From Candidatus Saccharimonadota bacterium (GTDB lineage Bacteria > Patescibacteriota > Saccharimonadia > Saccharimonadales > Saccharimonadaceae), in contig JAFWKF010000003.1 of assembly GCA_017533605.1 (NCBI GenBank), positions 6,861 through 70,860 of the forward strand: a stretch of DNA of 64,000 nucleotides, given 5' to 3'. Shown piece by piece: positions 52,982-64,000 of this stretch; within the stretch, counting starts at the first letter, position 1; the number at the start of each line of letters is the position of its first letter. The notes under the pieces are model-generated. The model was given only the letters and a program-made list of their open reading frames with translations. It was not told the DNA's origin and ran no database searches. The position numbers were made by a program, and so were the translations under genes.

Positions 52982-54746
52982 TTTGGGCCTCCTTTGCTAG
53001 TTTTAATTCATGAGTGTATTCTTTGTCAGAAAGTTGTGATTTAACAATTTCTTGGTAAATTTTGCAGTTTTTTAATAGTTCGTAATGTTTGCCTTTGCCG
53101 GCGATTTTGCCGTTGTCTAGTACCACAATTTGATCTGCGTCTTTGATGGTGCTAACTCTTTGCGCCACAATTAAAACAACGGAATCGGTAGTGATTTCTT
53201 TAAGGGCTTCGCGGAGTCTGGCGTCAGTTTTCATGTCTAAAGCCGAGAAGGCATCGTCAAAAACATAAATGTCTGGATTTTTACAAATAGCGCGAGCGAT
53301 AGATAATCTTTGCTTTTGGCCGCCAGACACATTGGTACCGCCCTGGGCAATGTGGGAGTTGTATTTTTCTGGTAATTTTTCTATGAAATTTTTGGCTTGG
53401 GCGATTTCGGCGGCTTTCTTTACTTGGCTGTCGCTAGCGAGAGGTGCGCCAAATTTAATGTTTGATTTGATTGTGCCAGAAAACAGTATTCCCCTTTGCG
53501 GTACTAAGCCAATTTTGGCTATTAAGTCGGTTTTGCTGTATTCTTTGATTGGTAAGTTGTTGATTAAAATTTCGCCGTCAGTGGCTTCGTAAAATCTTGG
53601 GACTAAATTGACAATGGTGGATTTTCCGGAGCCTGTTGAACCGATGAAAGCGGTGGTTTCGCCGGCTTTGGCTGTAAATGAAATATTATTTAATACTTTT
53701 TCTGATGCTTCTGGATAGCGGAAATCTACATTTTTAAATTCTACGGACGGAGTTTTAGATGGCTGTCCGTTAGTTTTTGCTCTCCAGGCGATTTTATTCT
53801 TTTTGCTAAGTACTTCATTAATTCTGTAGGCGGAAACATTAGCACGCGGCAACATAACGAAGAACATTGATAACATCAAGAATGAAATCATGACATGGCT
53901 GACATATTGTGCGAAGGCGGTCATATTGCCGAGATAGGCGAAATCTTTAGAAAGAAGCGAAATACCAATCCAAGAACAAAGCAAAGTTGTGCCGTTAAAA
54001 ATGATATTTACAATTGGGTTTTGTAATTCCATGATACGACTAATAAAAATGATAAGTGATGTTAATTCACTATTAACGTTGCTAAATTTTTTCTTTTCAG
54101 TTTTTTCGTTATTAAAGGCACGAATAACGCGAAGGCCGGTGAGGTTTTCACGAGTGACTAGTGTAATTTTGTCTAGCAAAGTCTGAAATAGTTTAAATTT
54201 AGGTACTACGATAGCCATTATAGTGATGGTGGAGCCTAGTATTCCTATTACGCCTACCAAAATAATCCACGACATGTCTGGTGCGGTTTGGATGGCCATG
54301 ATAATTGAAATAATACAAAAGAGTGGTGAGCGCAGCATCATGGATAGCATCATCATGGTGACTGACTGGACTTGATTGACATCGTTGGTGGTGCGAGTGA
54401 GAAGTGAGGCGGTTGTAAAATCTTTTAAATCAGACATATTGAAGCTGATGATTTTAGTGAAAATAGCGGCTCTAATATCGCGTGAAAAGCTTGCGCCAAT
54501 GCGAGCAGAAAAAATACTGGAAACAAATGATGCCACGGCCGATATTAAAGCAAGCAAAATCATTTGGCCGCCGATTCGCCAGATATAGTCTGTGTTACCT
54601 GGGACGATGCCGTCATTGATAATGTCAGCCATTAAAGCTGGCAAACGTAGAGTGGTCCATACTTGTACCGCTATAGCAAAAAGTAAAATGACAATTTGCC
54701 ACCAGTAAGGTTTTAAGTATTTAAACAATTTAAACATATAGCTCAC
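52974..54746 (-). CDS. ABC exporter half-transporter (heterodimer partner)
   Basis: GSTGSGKS, VSGGQKQ, degenerate FDD. Confidence 0.93.
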   Translation of the reverse strand: MSYMFKLFKYLKPYWWQIVILLFAIAVQVWTTLRLPALMADIINDGIVPGNTDYIWRIGGQMILLALISAVASFVSSIFSARIGASFSRDIRAAIFTKIISFNMSDLKDFTTASLLTRTTNDVNQVQSVTMMMLSMMLRSPLFCIISIIMAIQTAPDMSWIILVGVIGILGSTITIMAIVVPKFKLFQTLLDKITLVTRENLTGLRVIRAFNNEKTEKKKFSNVNSELTSLIIFISRIMELQNPIVNIIFNGTTLLCSWIGISLLSKDFAYLGNMTAFAQYVSHVMISFLMLSMFFVMLPRANVSAYRINEVLSKKNKIAWRAKTNGQPSKTPSVEFKNVDFRYPEASEKVLNNISFTAKAGETTAFIGSTGSGKSTIVNLVPRFYEATDGEILINNLPIKEYSKTDLIAKIGLVPQRGILFSGTIKSNIKFGAPLASDSQVKKAAEIAQAKNFIEKLPEKYNSHIAQGGTNVSGGQKQRLSIARAICKNPDIYVFDDAFSALDMKTDARLREALKEITTDSVVLIVAQRVSTIKDADQIVVLDNGKIAGKGKHYELLKNCKIYQEIVKSQLSDKEYTHELKLAKEAQNA

Positions 54747-54749
54747 ATA

Positions 54750-55853
54750 TTATAGCACATCGGCATTTTCTTTATGGCGTTTCTTTTCCAGGTGGATTTT
54801 GAAATAGATGATAGGTCCTAAAATAATATAAATGTAGTATGAGAAGAAGCGCCAAATTAACATGGCCCAGAAAACATATCCAGACGAAAGCGCGGAGAAT
54901 ACTACAAAAAAGGTGCCTTCGGCGGCGCCGGAGTTACCTGGTGTAGGCACAAAATATACGGCCGAAGTAACGGCAACGGTAGTAACGAAACATGGCAAGA
55001 AATCTACTTGCCCACCAAATGCCGTGAGCACGAAAAATGGGATCATGGATATTAAAGTATTAAATAAAACCGACAACGTAACGGTTTTTAAAAATAGCCC
55101 TTTGGTTTTTAAGATCATACGTACACTTCTAGCGTATTCGTCAATTTCGGACTCGGTTTTAGCAATAGTGGCAGCTTTATCTTTGACAATATGCATTTTA
55201 GCGAGTAACTTAACTACGATGCCGATGAGTTCTTTAGTAGCTTTTGGTAAGAAAGTAGCAATCATAACTGTGACTGGCCAAAAAGCGTAAAAGATCAAAC
55301 CAAAACATGCTGTACCGATTAACACGGCGTTATTGATACTGAGGCTACCAAATAAGAAGCATAAAATAGCGATGATGATAAAACCAATTTGTCCGGAAAT
55401 CATGCCAAAAATTGGTATGGCGGTGGAGGCGCCTTTTTTGAGTTTGCTGTTTTTGCGCATGTAATAAATTTGGAATGGTTGGCCGCCGATAGCTGCCGGT
55501 GTGATGTTGTCGTAGTACTTGCCGAGTAAGACTGTGCGGCGGGCGATTTTGCGAGCACGTTTGTGATCAAAATCTGTTTTATCTTCGGCCATGTTGTACA
55601 TCAAGACAACATATTTAGTAATTTCAAAAATGATTGCGAGCAAGAAACAAACTGCTGCCGGGATTAAAAACCACCAGTTGATTTTGACTTCTGAAAGTGC
55701 GGCGGCGTTTTCGGAATTACCAAATTCGGAAAAGGCCGTAATAGCAATTACTGCGATATTAATAAGTATGAAAAAGATAATAAGCAACGGTTTTTTTAAG
55801 ATTTTTTTGGGGACAAGTTTTTTATTGTCTATATCTGGGTCTGGTTCTGGCAT
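54750..55853 (-). CDS. Lysylphosphatidylglycerol-synthase-TM (flippase-like) membrane protein
   Basis: NITPAAIGGQP, PTPGNSGAAE, WRFFSYY. Confidence 0.85.
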   Translation of the reverse strand: MPEPDPDIDNKKLVPKKILKKPLLIIFFILINIAVIAITAFSEFGNSENAAALSEVKINWWFLIPAAVCFLLAIIFEITKYVVLMYNMAEDKTDFDHKRARKIARRTVLLGKYYDNITPAAIGGQPFQIYYMRKNSKLKKGASTAIPIFGMISGQIGFIIIAILCFLFGSLSINNAVLIGTACFGLIFYAFWPVTVMIATFLPKATKELIGIVVKLLAKMHIVKDKAATIAKTESEIDEYARSVRMILKTKGLFLKTVTLSVLFNTLISMIPFFVLTAFGGQVDFLPCFVTTVAVTSAVYFVPTPGNSGAAEGTFFVVFSALSSGYVFWAMLIWRFFSYYIYIILGPIIYFKIHLEKKRHKENADVL

Positions 55854-55854
55854 T

Positions 55855-56958
55855 TTATTCCCTAGCGGTTTTGATATTTGGATATTCTTCAACTAAAACT
55901 CTAATACAGCCGGCAATTGGAATAGCGATGATGGCGCCAAGTAGGCCAAACATATACATACCAATGGTGATGGCGACTAAAATTACGAGTGGTTGTAAAT
56001 TAAGCGCATCGCCTTGGATTTTTGGCGCGATGATATTGTTTTCAATTTGTGAGTAAATAATATAAATGATTGCGAATATCAAGCCAGCGATGGGGTTTGA
56101 GAAAAACAGAATCAAGGTGACAAGAGTACCGCCGATAAACTGGCCAAACATTGGGATCATATAGAAAATCATCGTAATCATGCCCATTGGGATAGCGAGA
56201 TTGGGTGAGATTTTGAAGATTAAGGTTAAGACAAATACGATGAGCATTGAAGCACAGCCGTCTATTACTGCCACAATTACTTGATGTGAAACGTAAGTAG
56301 AAATGACGTTGGCCATTTTAGATACCACGGTCTTGGCGACTTTGACTGGTTTTTTATCTCCGCCAGCACTGAGGTTTTGCCACAATGACTCTACCATGCC
56401 TGGGCCTTCTAGGAGGAATAGCAAAGTTAATATTAAGACTAAGACAATTTTCATGACGATGTCGGCGATGCCGCTGACGCTAGATACTAAATTATGACCA
56501 ATTAAACCAAGTAAATTATTTGAAATAGAACCTAGGGTATTTGTGATTTCAGTGTGAAGATCGTCTATACCGATGCTTTTGCCGAAACTATTGACTCCCT
56601 CCCAGCCACCAAAGGTGTTTTCAAAAGTATCTGGAAAGTTTTGGACAAATTTGGAGGTTTCGTTTACTACGACTGGACCGACAATGGCGAGGATGCCGCC
56701 AATGACTAGAACTACTATGAAGTAGGCGAGTATTACTGACAGGGTTTGGTGTTTTTTGTCTTTACCAAAGTGTTTGGTAAAGAAATCATTAACCTTGCGG
56801 ACGAGAGGTTTAAGTGCTAAGGCTAGGAAAATAGAAATGCCAACAATAATAAGGCCAGTTAAGGCTTTGTACAAAATGAGCAAAATTGCTACGATAATCA
56901 ATGGCACCAGCCAAAACTTGATGAATGTTCTCCAATCTGTTTCTATTGTTTTAGACAT
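55855..56958 (-). CDS. AI-2E family transporter
   Basis: IPMFG, QIENNIIAP, GLLGAIIAIP. Confidence 0.88.
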   Translation of the reverse strand: MSKTIETDWRTFIKFWLVPLIIVAILLILYKALTGLIIVGISIFLALALKPLVRKVNDFFTKHFGKDKKHQTLSVILAYFIVVLVIGGILAIVGPVVVNETSKFVQNFPDTFENTFGGWEGVNSFGKSIGIDDLHTEITNTLGSISNNLLGLIGHNLVSSVSGIADIVMKIVLVLILTLLFLLEGPGMVESLWQNLSAGGDKKPVKVAKTVVSKMANVISTYVSHQVIVAVIDGCASMLIVFVLTLIFKISPNLAIPMGMITMIFYMIPMFGQFIGGTLVTLILFFSNPIAGLIFAIIYIIYSQIENNIIAPKIQGDALNLQPLVILVAITIGMYMFGLLGAIIAIPIAGCIRVLVEEYPNIKTARE

Positions 56959-57008
56959 AAACCTCCTTTATGCAGATATTATAGCACAATCATGATATAA
57001 TTAGAATA

Positions 57009-57572
57009 ATGAAAGTTTTAATGCACACTTGTTGCGCGCCTTGTAGCGTGTATTGTATTGATAGTCTAAGGGCCGAAGGTTTTGAGCCGACTTTATTTTG
57101 GTACAATCCAAACATCCATCCTTACAGTGAATACAAACTGAGGCGAGATTGTCTAAAGGAATATGCGAAAAAAGTAAATGCAAAGTTGGTTCTTTATGAA
57201 GAGTATGGTTTAGATGAGTTTTGTAAAAATGTGGTCGGTGATATTAATAATCGGTGCGTGAATTATTGCTATCCAAAGCGACTGGGCGAAACTGTGCGCT
57301 ATGCGGCGGAACATGGATATGAATATTTTACAACTACGCTTTTAGTTTCACCTTATCAAAAACATGAAGAATTAAAGAAGGTTTGTGAAGAACTGGCGCG
57401 GCTTTCTGGCGTGAAGTTTCTGTATCGTGATTTTCGCGAAGGATTTCGTGAGGGGCAAGCCAAAGCTCGCGAGGTGGGGCTATATATGCAGAAGTATTGT
57501 GGCTGTATTTTTTCCGAAGAGGAACGCTACCAAAGACAAATTGAAAAAGACAAAAAAAGTGTTATAATATAA
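57009..57572 (+). CDS. queH: Epoxyqueuosine reductase QueH
   Basis: HTCCAPCS, YNPNIHP, QKYCGCIFS. Confidence 0.92.
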   Translation: MKVLMHTCCAPCSVYCIDSLRAEGFEPTLFWYNPNIHPYSEYKLRRDCLKEYAKKVNAKLVLYEEYGLDEFCKNVVGDINNRCVNYCYPKRLGETVRYAAEHGYEYFTTTLLVSPYQKHEELKKVCEELARLSGVKFLYRDFREGFREGQAKAREVGLYMQKYCGCIFSEEERYQRQIEKDKKSVII

Positions 57573-57576
57573 AAAT

Positions 57577-59849
<2,273 letters not shown>

Positions 59850-59993
59850 AATTATACATATAATATATAGTGGGGCCTCTACGCTATATCTAGCGTCTGG
59901 AAATTTTATAATACACCATACCTAGCGTTTTTAGCCAAATTTCATTTAGTTTTAACGCTTGACACGACTTTGTTTAAGCATTAAAATGAAAGA

Positions 59994-60059
59994 GTAAGTA
60001 TAGCTCTAGGAACTATACTGATGGGTTGTGCTGAATCGCTTTTAGCGATTCAGTTTTTT
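59994..60059 (+). ncRNA. Candidate ~65-nt small RNA
   Basis: TTGACA-17-TAAAAT (59959-59987); hairpin AGTATAG/CTATACT; terminator CTGAATCGC/GCGATTCAG-T6. Confidence 0.5.
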
Positions 60060-60137
60060 ACTATGTGTTCTTCTCTTAATTGATAATGTTATGCTAATTT
60101 TTAATCGCCATAGCGAAAAGTTTATAGCCATCTTCAT
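60042..60137 (-). CDS. Candidate 31-aa peptide MKMAINFSLWRLKISITLSIKRRTHSKKLNR
   Basis: Manual translation; purine-rich AGGAAGGG just upstream; ends inside the opposite RNA's terminator. Confidence 0.35.
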   Translation of the reverse strand: MKMAINFSLWRLKISITLSIKRRTHSKKLNR

Positions 60138-60296
60138 CCCTTCCTGAGCTTCTGGCGTACCTAGAATGGCTGTTTATTGAATCTCCACACCCGCACGAAC
60201 AATCTATGGCTGCTCTTGCTGTGAATTACCAAACTTCACTAAACCCCAAGCCAACCCGGGTTTAACCTACCACACCTTAAAATCGTTTTCAACCCC

Positions 60297-61640
60297 CTAC
60301 CTAATATATTGCCAGATTGGGCCGGTAGGGGTGTCTTTGACCGTAATGCCTTCAGCGGCTAGTTGGTCGCGGATTTCGTCTGCGCGAGCAAAGTTCTTTT
60401 GTTCGCGGGCTTTTTCGCGCTCCAACACTAACGCTTGTAATTCTTCTGAAATTTTCGGTGAATCTTCTATCAGCTTTAGGCCAAATAATTCATCGGTCTT
60501 TTTCCAATCTTCAAGCGACAATTCTGAGTTGTCAATTAATGCATAGGCTTCGGCTGAGTTTAGATTATTATTCACTGCTTCTAAGATTTTTTCAAAAACT
60601 CCATCACCTGAAACTTCTTTTTGATAACATTCTGCGATGCGGTTTCGCCAAGATAGACGGCGGGCTTTGGCGGCTTCTAAAGATTCAAAAGTAAAGTTAC
60701 GGGTGCCCTGATAGTGCCCAGAGAGAACCCACATTTTGTAGTCTAGGGCGGAAAAGCCGCGCTCGGCTAGATCGGATAACAAATAGACATTCCCTAGCGA
60801 TTTAGAGATTTTTTCTCCATCAATAGTAATAAAATTACAATGTAGCCAAAAGCGCGATAAATCGTGGCCGTAGGCAGCGAAACATTCTGCGATTTCGTTG
60901 GTGTGGTGAATTGGAATATGATCAATACCGCCGGTATGAATATCAATTGGTTCACCGAGCTCTTTATGAATAATCGTGGCGCATTCTAGGTGCCAGCCGG
61001 GATAGCCAGGACGGCCGAGGTAATTCCAACGCATAGTGTGTTTTTCGCCTTCTTTGATAAATTTCCAAACTGCAAAATCTGAAACATTATGTTTTTCGTC
61101 CGAAAACCCTACTCTGGCGCCTGCTTGCAAGCCAGCTAAGTCTAGTTTGGCAAAGCCAGCGTAGTTTTCGTATTTAGATGTATCATAATAAACGCCGTCA
61201 GCTGTTTCATAAGTAAAACCATGCTCGGTCATTAAATCTACAGCCGCCATGTCGTCTTCAATGTAATCAGTTGCTCGGGCCCAGATTTCTGGTTCAGCGA
61301 GCTCTAAAGCTTTATAATCTTTTTTGAATTTAGCGATATAAGTATCTGCCACTTCCCAAACGGTTTTACCTTCGCGTTCGGCGCCTTTTTCTAGTTTGTC
61401 TTCCCCTTCATCGGCGTCTGATACTAAGTGGCCGACGTCGGTTAGGTTTAGAACTCTTTTTACTTTATAGCCATTGGCGCGGAGGCATCTGACAAGTAAA
61501 TCCCAATAAATGTAGGCAGTTAAGTTGCCAATATGCGCGTCATTATAAACTGTGGGGCCGCAGGTGTAGATTTTTACCACTTCACCAGTGGGTTTAAAAT
61601 TTTCGTTTTTGCGACTTGCGGTGTTAAATAATTTAAGCAT
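60297..61640 (-). CDS. cysS: Cysteinyl-tRNA synthetase
   Basis: CGPTVY, HIGN, PGWHLEC, KISKS. Confidence 0.96.
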   Translation of the reverse strand: MLKLFNTASRKNENFKPTGEVVKIYTCGPTVYNDAHIGNLTAYIYWDLLVRCLRANGYKVKRVLNLTDVGHLVSDADEGEDKLEKGAEREGKTVWEVADTYIAKFKKDYKALELAEPEIWARATDYIEDDMAAVDLMTEHGFTYETADGVYYDTSKYENYAGFAKLDLAGLQAGARVGFSDEKHNVSDFAVWKFIKEGEKHTMRWNYLGRPGYPGWHLECATIIHKELGEPIDIHTGGIDHIPIHHTNEIAECFAAYGHDLSRFWLHCNFITIDGEKISKSLGNVYLLSDLAERGFSALDYKMWVLSGHYQGTRNFTFESLEAAKARRLSWRNRIAECYQKEVSGDGVFEKILEAVNNNLNSAEAYALIDNSELSLEDWKKTDELFGLKLIEDSPKISEELQALVLEREKAREQKNFARADEIRDQLAAEGITVKDTPTGPIWQYIR

Positions 61641-62367
61641 ATAGCATTTCCTCCAATACCTCACGGATTTTATTATATTTATCACGCGACACGCCGTGAC
61701 GGCCGATGGTTTTAATTGCTGTGATATATTTAGGATTGTCTTTTACGATTTTGGGTACGTTATATGAAGCGATAAATTGGTCAGCATCACCGTAAATTAA
61801 AACCGTGTGGGTTTTGAGTCTGGCAAGAGTTTGGTAATTATTCTTATTTAAGACGATTTTTTCCATTGAATTAATGAAAGATTTTTCGGATAGGATTTGG
61901 CGGTTTTTTAAAGAGACTAATTCCTTAAAGGTATTGACGCCGGCCATAAAGGCAGGATTTTCTAGATCTTCTGGTGTGTAGATTGGTGGTGAAACTAAGA
62001 TTAGTTTTTTGACGGATTTTTTGTAAGTATCAGTGTATTTTGTAACGATAAAAGTGCCTAAAGAATGACCGACTAGAACCAGTGGAATATCTAGTTTTAA
62101 TTTTTCAATGGAATTATGCAGAGCTTCGGTTTGGTCTTTATAATCGTAGTTTAATTTATCGTTTTTGGCGGATTCGCCAGAGCCTAATAAGTCGTAAGTA
62201 ATAAAGCGAACTTTTTCTAGAGAAAGTGTGCCTTCTAGATATTTAAGTGCATTTTTATATGAGCCGGAGTCTGAAGCGATGCCGTGAATCATAATTACGG
62301 CTAAAACTGGATTCTTGCTTTGGCAAAAGTCGTGAGTTTTTTTGAGGATTAGTTTTTTATTCCACAT
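61633..62367 (-). CDS. Alpha/beta hydrolase
   Basis: IHG, DLLGSGES, GHSLG. Confidence 0.88.
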   Translation of the reverse strand: MWNKKLILKKTHDFCQSKNPVLAVIMIHGIASDSGSYKNALKYLEGTLSLEKVRFITYDLLGSGESAKNDKLNYDYKDQTEALHNSIEKLKLDIPLVLVGHSLGTFIVTKYTDTYKKSVKKLILVSPPIYTPEDLENPAFMAGVNTFKELVSLKNRQILSEKSFINSMEKIVLNKNNYQTLARLKTHTVLIYGDADQFIASYNVPKIVKDNPKYITAIKTIGRHGVSRDKYNKIREVLEEMLYA

Positions 62368-63340
62368 TGTTTAAGAGGTCCGGAATTATTTTTACTAAAT
62401 CTTTAACAACTTCTTCGTAAGTGGTGTCGTAAGTGCGGAAGCCGGCGGCATATGGATGGCCACCTCCACCAAAATAGCCTGCGACTTGTTCAGCGATAGG
62501 CGCATCTAGCCCACAGCGGATTTTGCCGGTAACTTTGCCGTCTGGGTAGGTTTTGATTGCTATAGCTACTTTTACGCCTTCCACTAATCTCATTTCTTCT
62601 AGGATTAGGACGTTTGGATTATATTCGTCTGAATATTCGCGAATATCGTCCCATGGAATATGCACCGAGGCGAGTTCGCCATCTAGATAATATTCAATAC
62701 GTTTAATTAAATCTGCTTTGTAGTCTAAAATGCGGGGGGATTTTTTCATGAACTCACGGCGGCGATCTTCCAAAATGGATACGTCAGCACCTAGTTTGGT
62801 GAGGCTGGCGGCGATTTCAAAAGTTTCGGCGGTAACCGATGAGCTGGTAAGACCTAAAGTGTCTGACAAAATGCCTTGGAAAATAGCTTCGGCAGCGTCT
62901 TTTTTAATTTCGTATTTTTGGTCTTTGGCAATACGATAGATTAATTCGGCGCAAGCGGGGCGAATTTCGGTGATGTTTTCATGTGGAAAACTTAGGTCGT
63001 CTTCGGTTTCGTGATGGTCTATTACTAATACTGGCGCACTAAATAGACGGTTGCGGATGGCAGTGTCGTCCAATAATTTAGATAATAATACTTCAGCAGC
63101 AGTATCTACAATGATGTAGCCTTCTGCTTTAAAATTAAACTCGTTTGTAACTCTAGACCAGTCGGCAAAATAGTGCAAATATTTAGGAATATCTACTGGG
63201 CAATAAAGGGTGATTTCTTTGTCGCTTAGCAAATAATCTAGTGCGATAGCGCTACCTAGTGAATCGCCATCGGGGTTTTCGGCTTGAATTATACAAATAT
63301 TTTTTTTATCTTTCAAAAACTCACTAAATTTATTGTACAT
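62357..63340 (-). CDS. DHH/DHHA1 phosphoesterase (NrnA-like)
   Basis: NPDGDSLGS, IDHH, GGGGHPYAAG. Confidence 0.9.
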   Translation of the reverse strand: MYNKFSEFLKDKKNICIIQAENPDGDSLGSAIALDYLLSDKEITLYCPVDIPKYLHYFADWSRVTNEFNFKAEGYIIVDTAAEVLLSKLLDDTAIRNRLFSAPVLVIDHHETEDDLSFPHENITEIRPACAELIYRIAKDQKYEIKKDAAEAIFQGILSDTLGLTSSSVTAETFEIAASLTKLGADVSILEDRRREFMKKSPRILDYKADLIKRIEYYLDGELASVHIPWDDIREYSDEYNPNVLILEEMRLVEGVKVAIAIKTYPDGKVTGKIRCGLDAPIAEQVAGYFGGGGHPYAAGFRTYDTTYEEVVKDLVKIIPDLLNNVE

Positions 63341-63370
63341 GTATTTATTATATCATGTTAAAATAGATAC

Positions 63371-63802
63371 ATGAGTATTTTTCGCGCAGACAAAAAGTTT
63401 GAAAAATTTGAAGACGTTACGCCAGAATTATTAAAGAAAGAAGACGTAAAGTTACTTTTGTGTGATCTTGATAATACCTTGAGGCTTCACAGTGAAAAAG
63501 AGCCTGCTGATGAGTTGCAAGATTGGGTAGAAGAATGTCGTAAAGCTGGCGTAAAGATTGTGATTATTTCTAATAATGGCCGCAAAAAAATGATGCAAAA
63601 GTTTTGCGAGCCAATTAAAGTTGATTGTGTTTGGTGGGCTAAAAAACCAATGAGTAAAAAATTGACTGAGGCGATGAAAGAATACAAGGTTCCGCATAAA
63701 AATACAGTCATGTTAGGTGATAAGTGGTCTACGGACGTTTTAGCGGCTAAAGCAGCCGGGATACGTTCTTATAAAGTAGAGCACAGAAGGGACATTATAT
63801 GA
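63371..63802 (+). CDS. YqeG-type HAD IIIA phosphatase
   Basis: DLDNTL, SNN, AKKP, GDKWSTD. Confidence 0.85.
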   Translation: MSIFRADKKFEKFEDVTPELLKKEDVKLLLCDLDNTLRLHSEKEPADELQDWVEECRKAGVKIVIISNNGRKKMMQKFCEPIKVDCVWWAKKPMSKKLTEAMKEYKVPHKNTVMLGDKWSTDVLAAKAAGIRSYKVEHRRDII

Positions 63803-64000
63803 CAGGTCCAACATATTTAACAATTCTTAGGATGCTGCTTTCGGTAGTGTTTTTGGTGTTTGTGCTCTTGCCTGATGATTGGGCGAAGATTACAGCACTG
63901 GTGATTTTTATTATTGCAGCAATTACGGATAAAATTGATGGTAAATGGGCTCGCAAGAGTAAGCAGGTTACGGACCTTGGTGCGTTTTTAGACCCATTGG
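63799..64000 (+). CDS. pgsA: CDP-alcohol phosphatidyltransferase, runs off the window edge
   Basis: Manual translation PTYLTILR...TDKIDGKWARK...TDLGAFLDPL. Confidence 0.85.
   Translation, partial: MTGPTYLTILRMLLSVVFLVFVLLPDDWAKITALVIFIIAAITDKIDGKWARKSKQVTDLGAFLDPL

Noticed and set aside
60200-60297. GGGGTTG start on the minus strand as tmRNA
   Set aside because: No T arm, CCA end or tag peptide was found.

Overview
Gene-dense, AT-rich bacterial chromosome segment. Gene content and truncations suggest Patescibacteria, probably Saccharibacteria: short UvrC, AlaRS without a C-Ala domain, and PxTG-tailed surface proteins. This taxonomy is inferred, not searched. Most genes are housekeeping: translation, glycolysis/pentose phosphate, repair, tRNA modification (mnmA/iscS, queH-queA-tgt, trmD) and two tRNA-Leu. 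The main unexplained signal is eight 80-125 bp structured palindromic elements in four families, each with a GC-rich core. Five sit in frame inside obgE, a pseudouridine synthase, tatD and queA (twice); three are intergenic. Cores are shared within a family and show compensatory base-pair changes, but the outer inverted-repeat arms are specific to each locus. Other points of interest: tandem sigma4-like/RNAP alpha-CTD genes ending in an identical 41-bp repeat, a Hint-domain surface protein, two orphan promoter-to-terminator RNAs (one facing a 31-aa ORF), a YqgF-MltG fusion, a cutinase-vWA protein, and widespread leaderless-type promoters. No CRISPR array, transposase or integrase was seen. All calls come from reading the sequence; nothing was searched or computationally folded.
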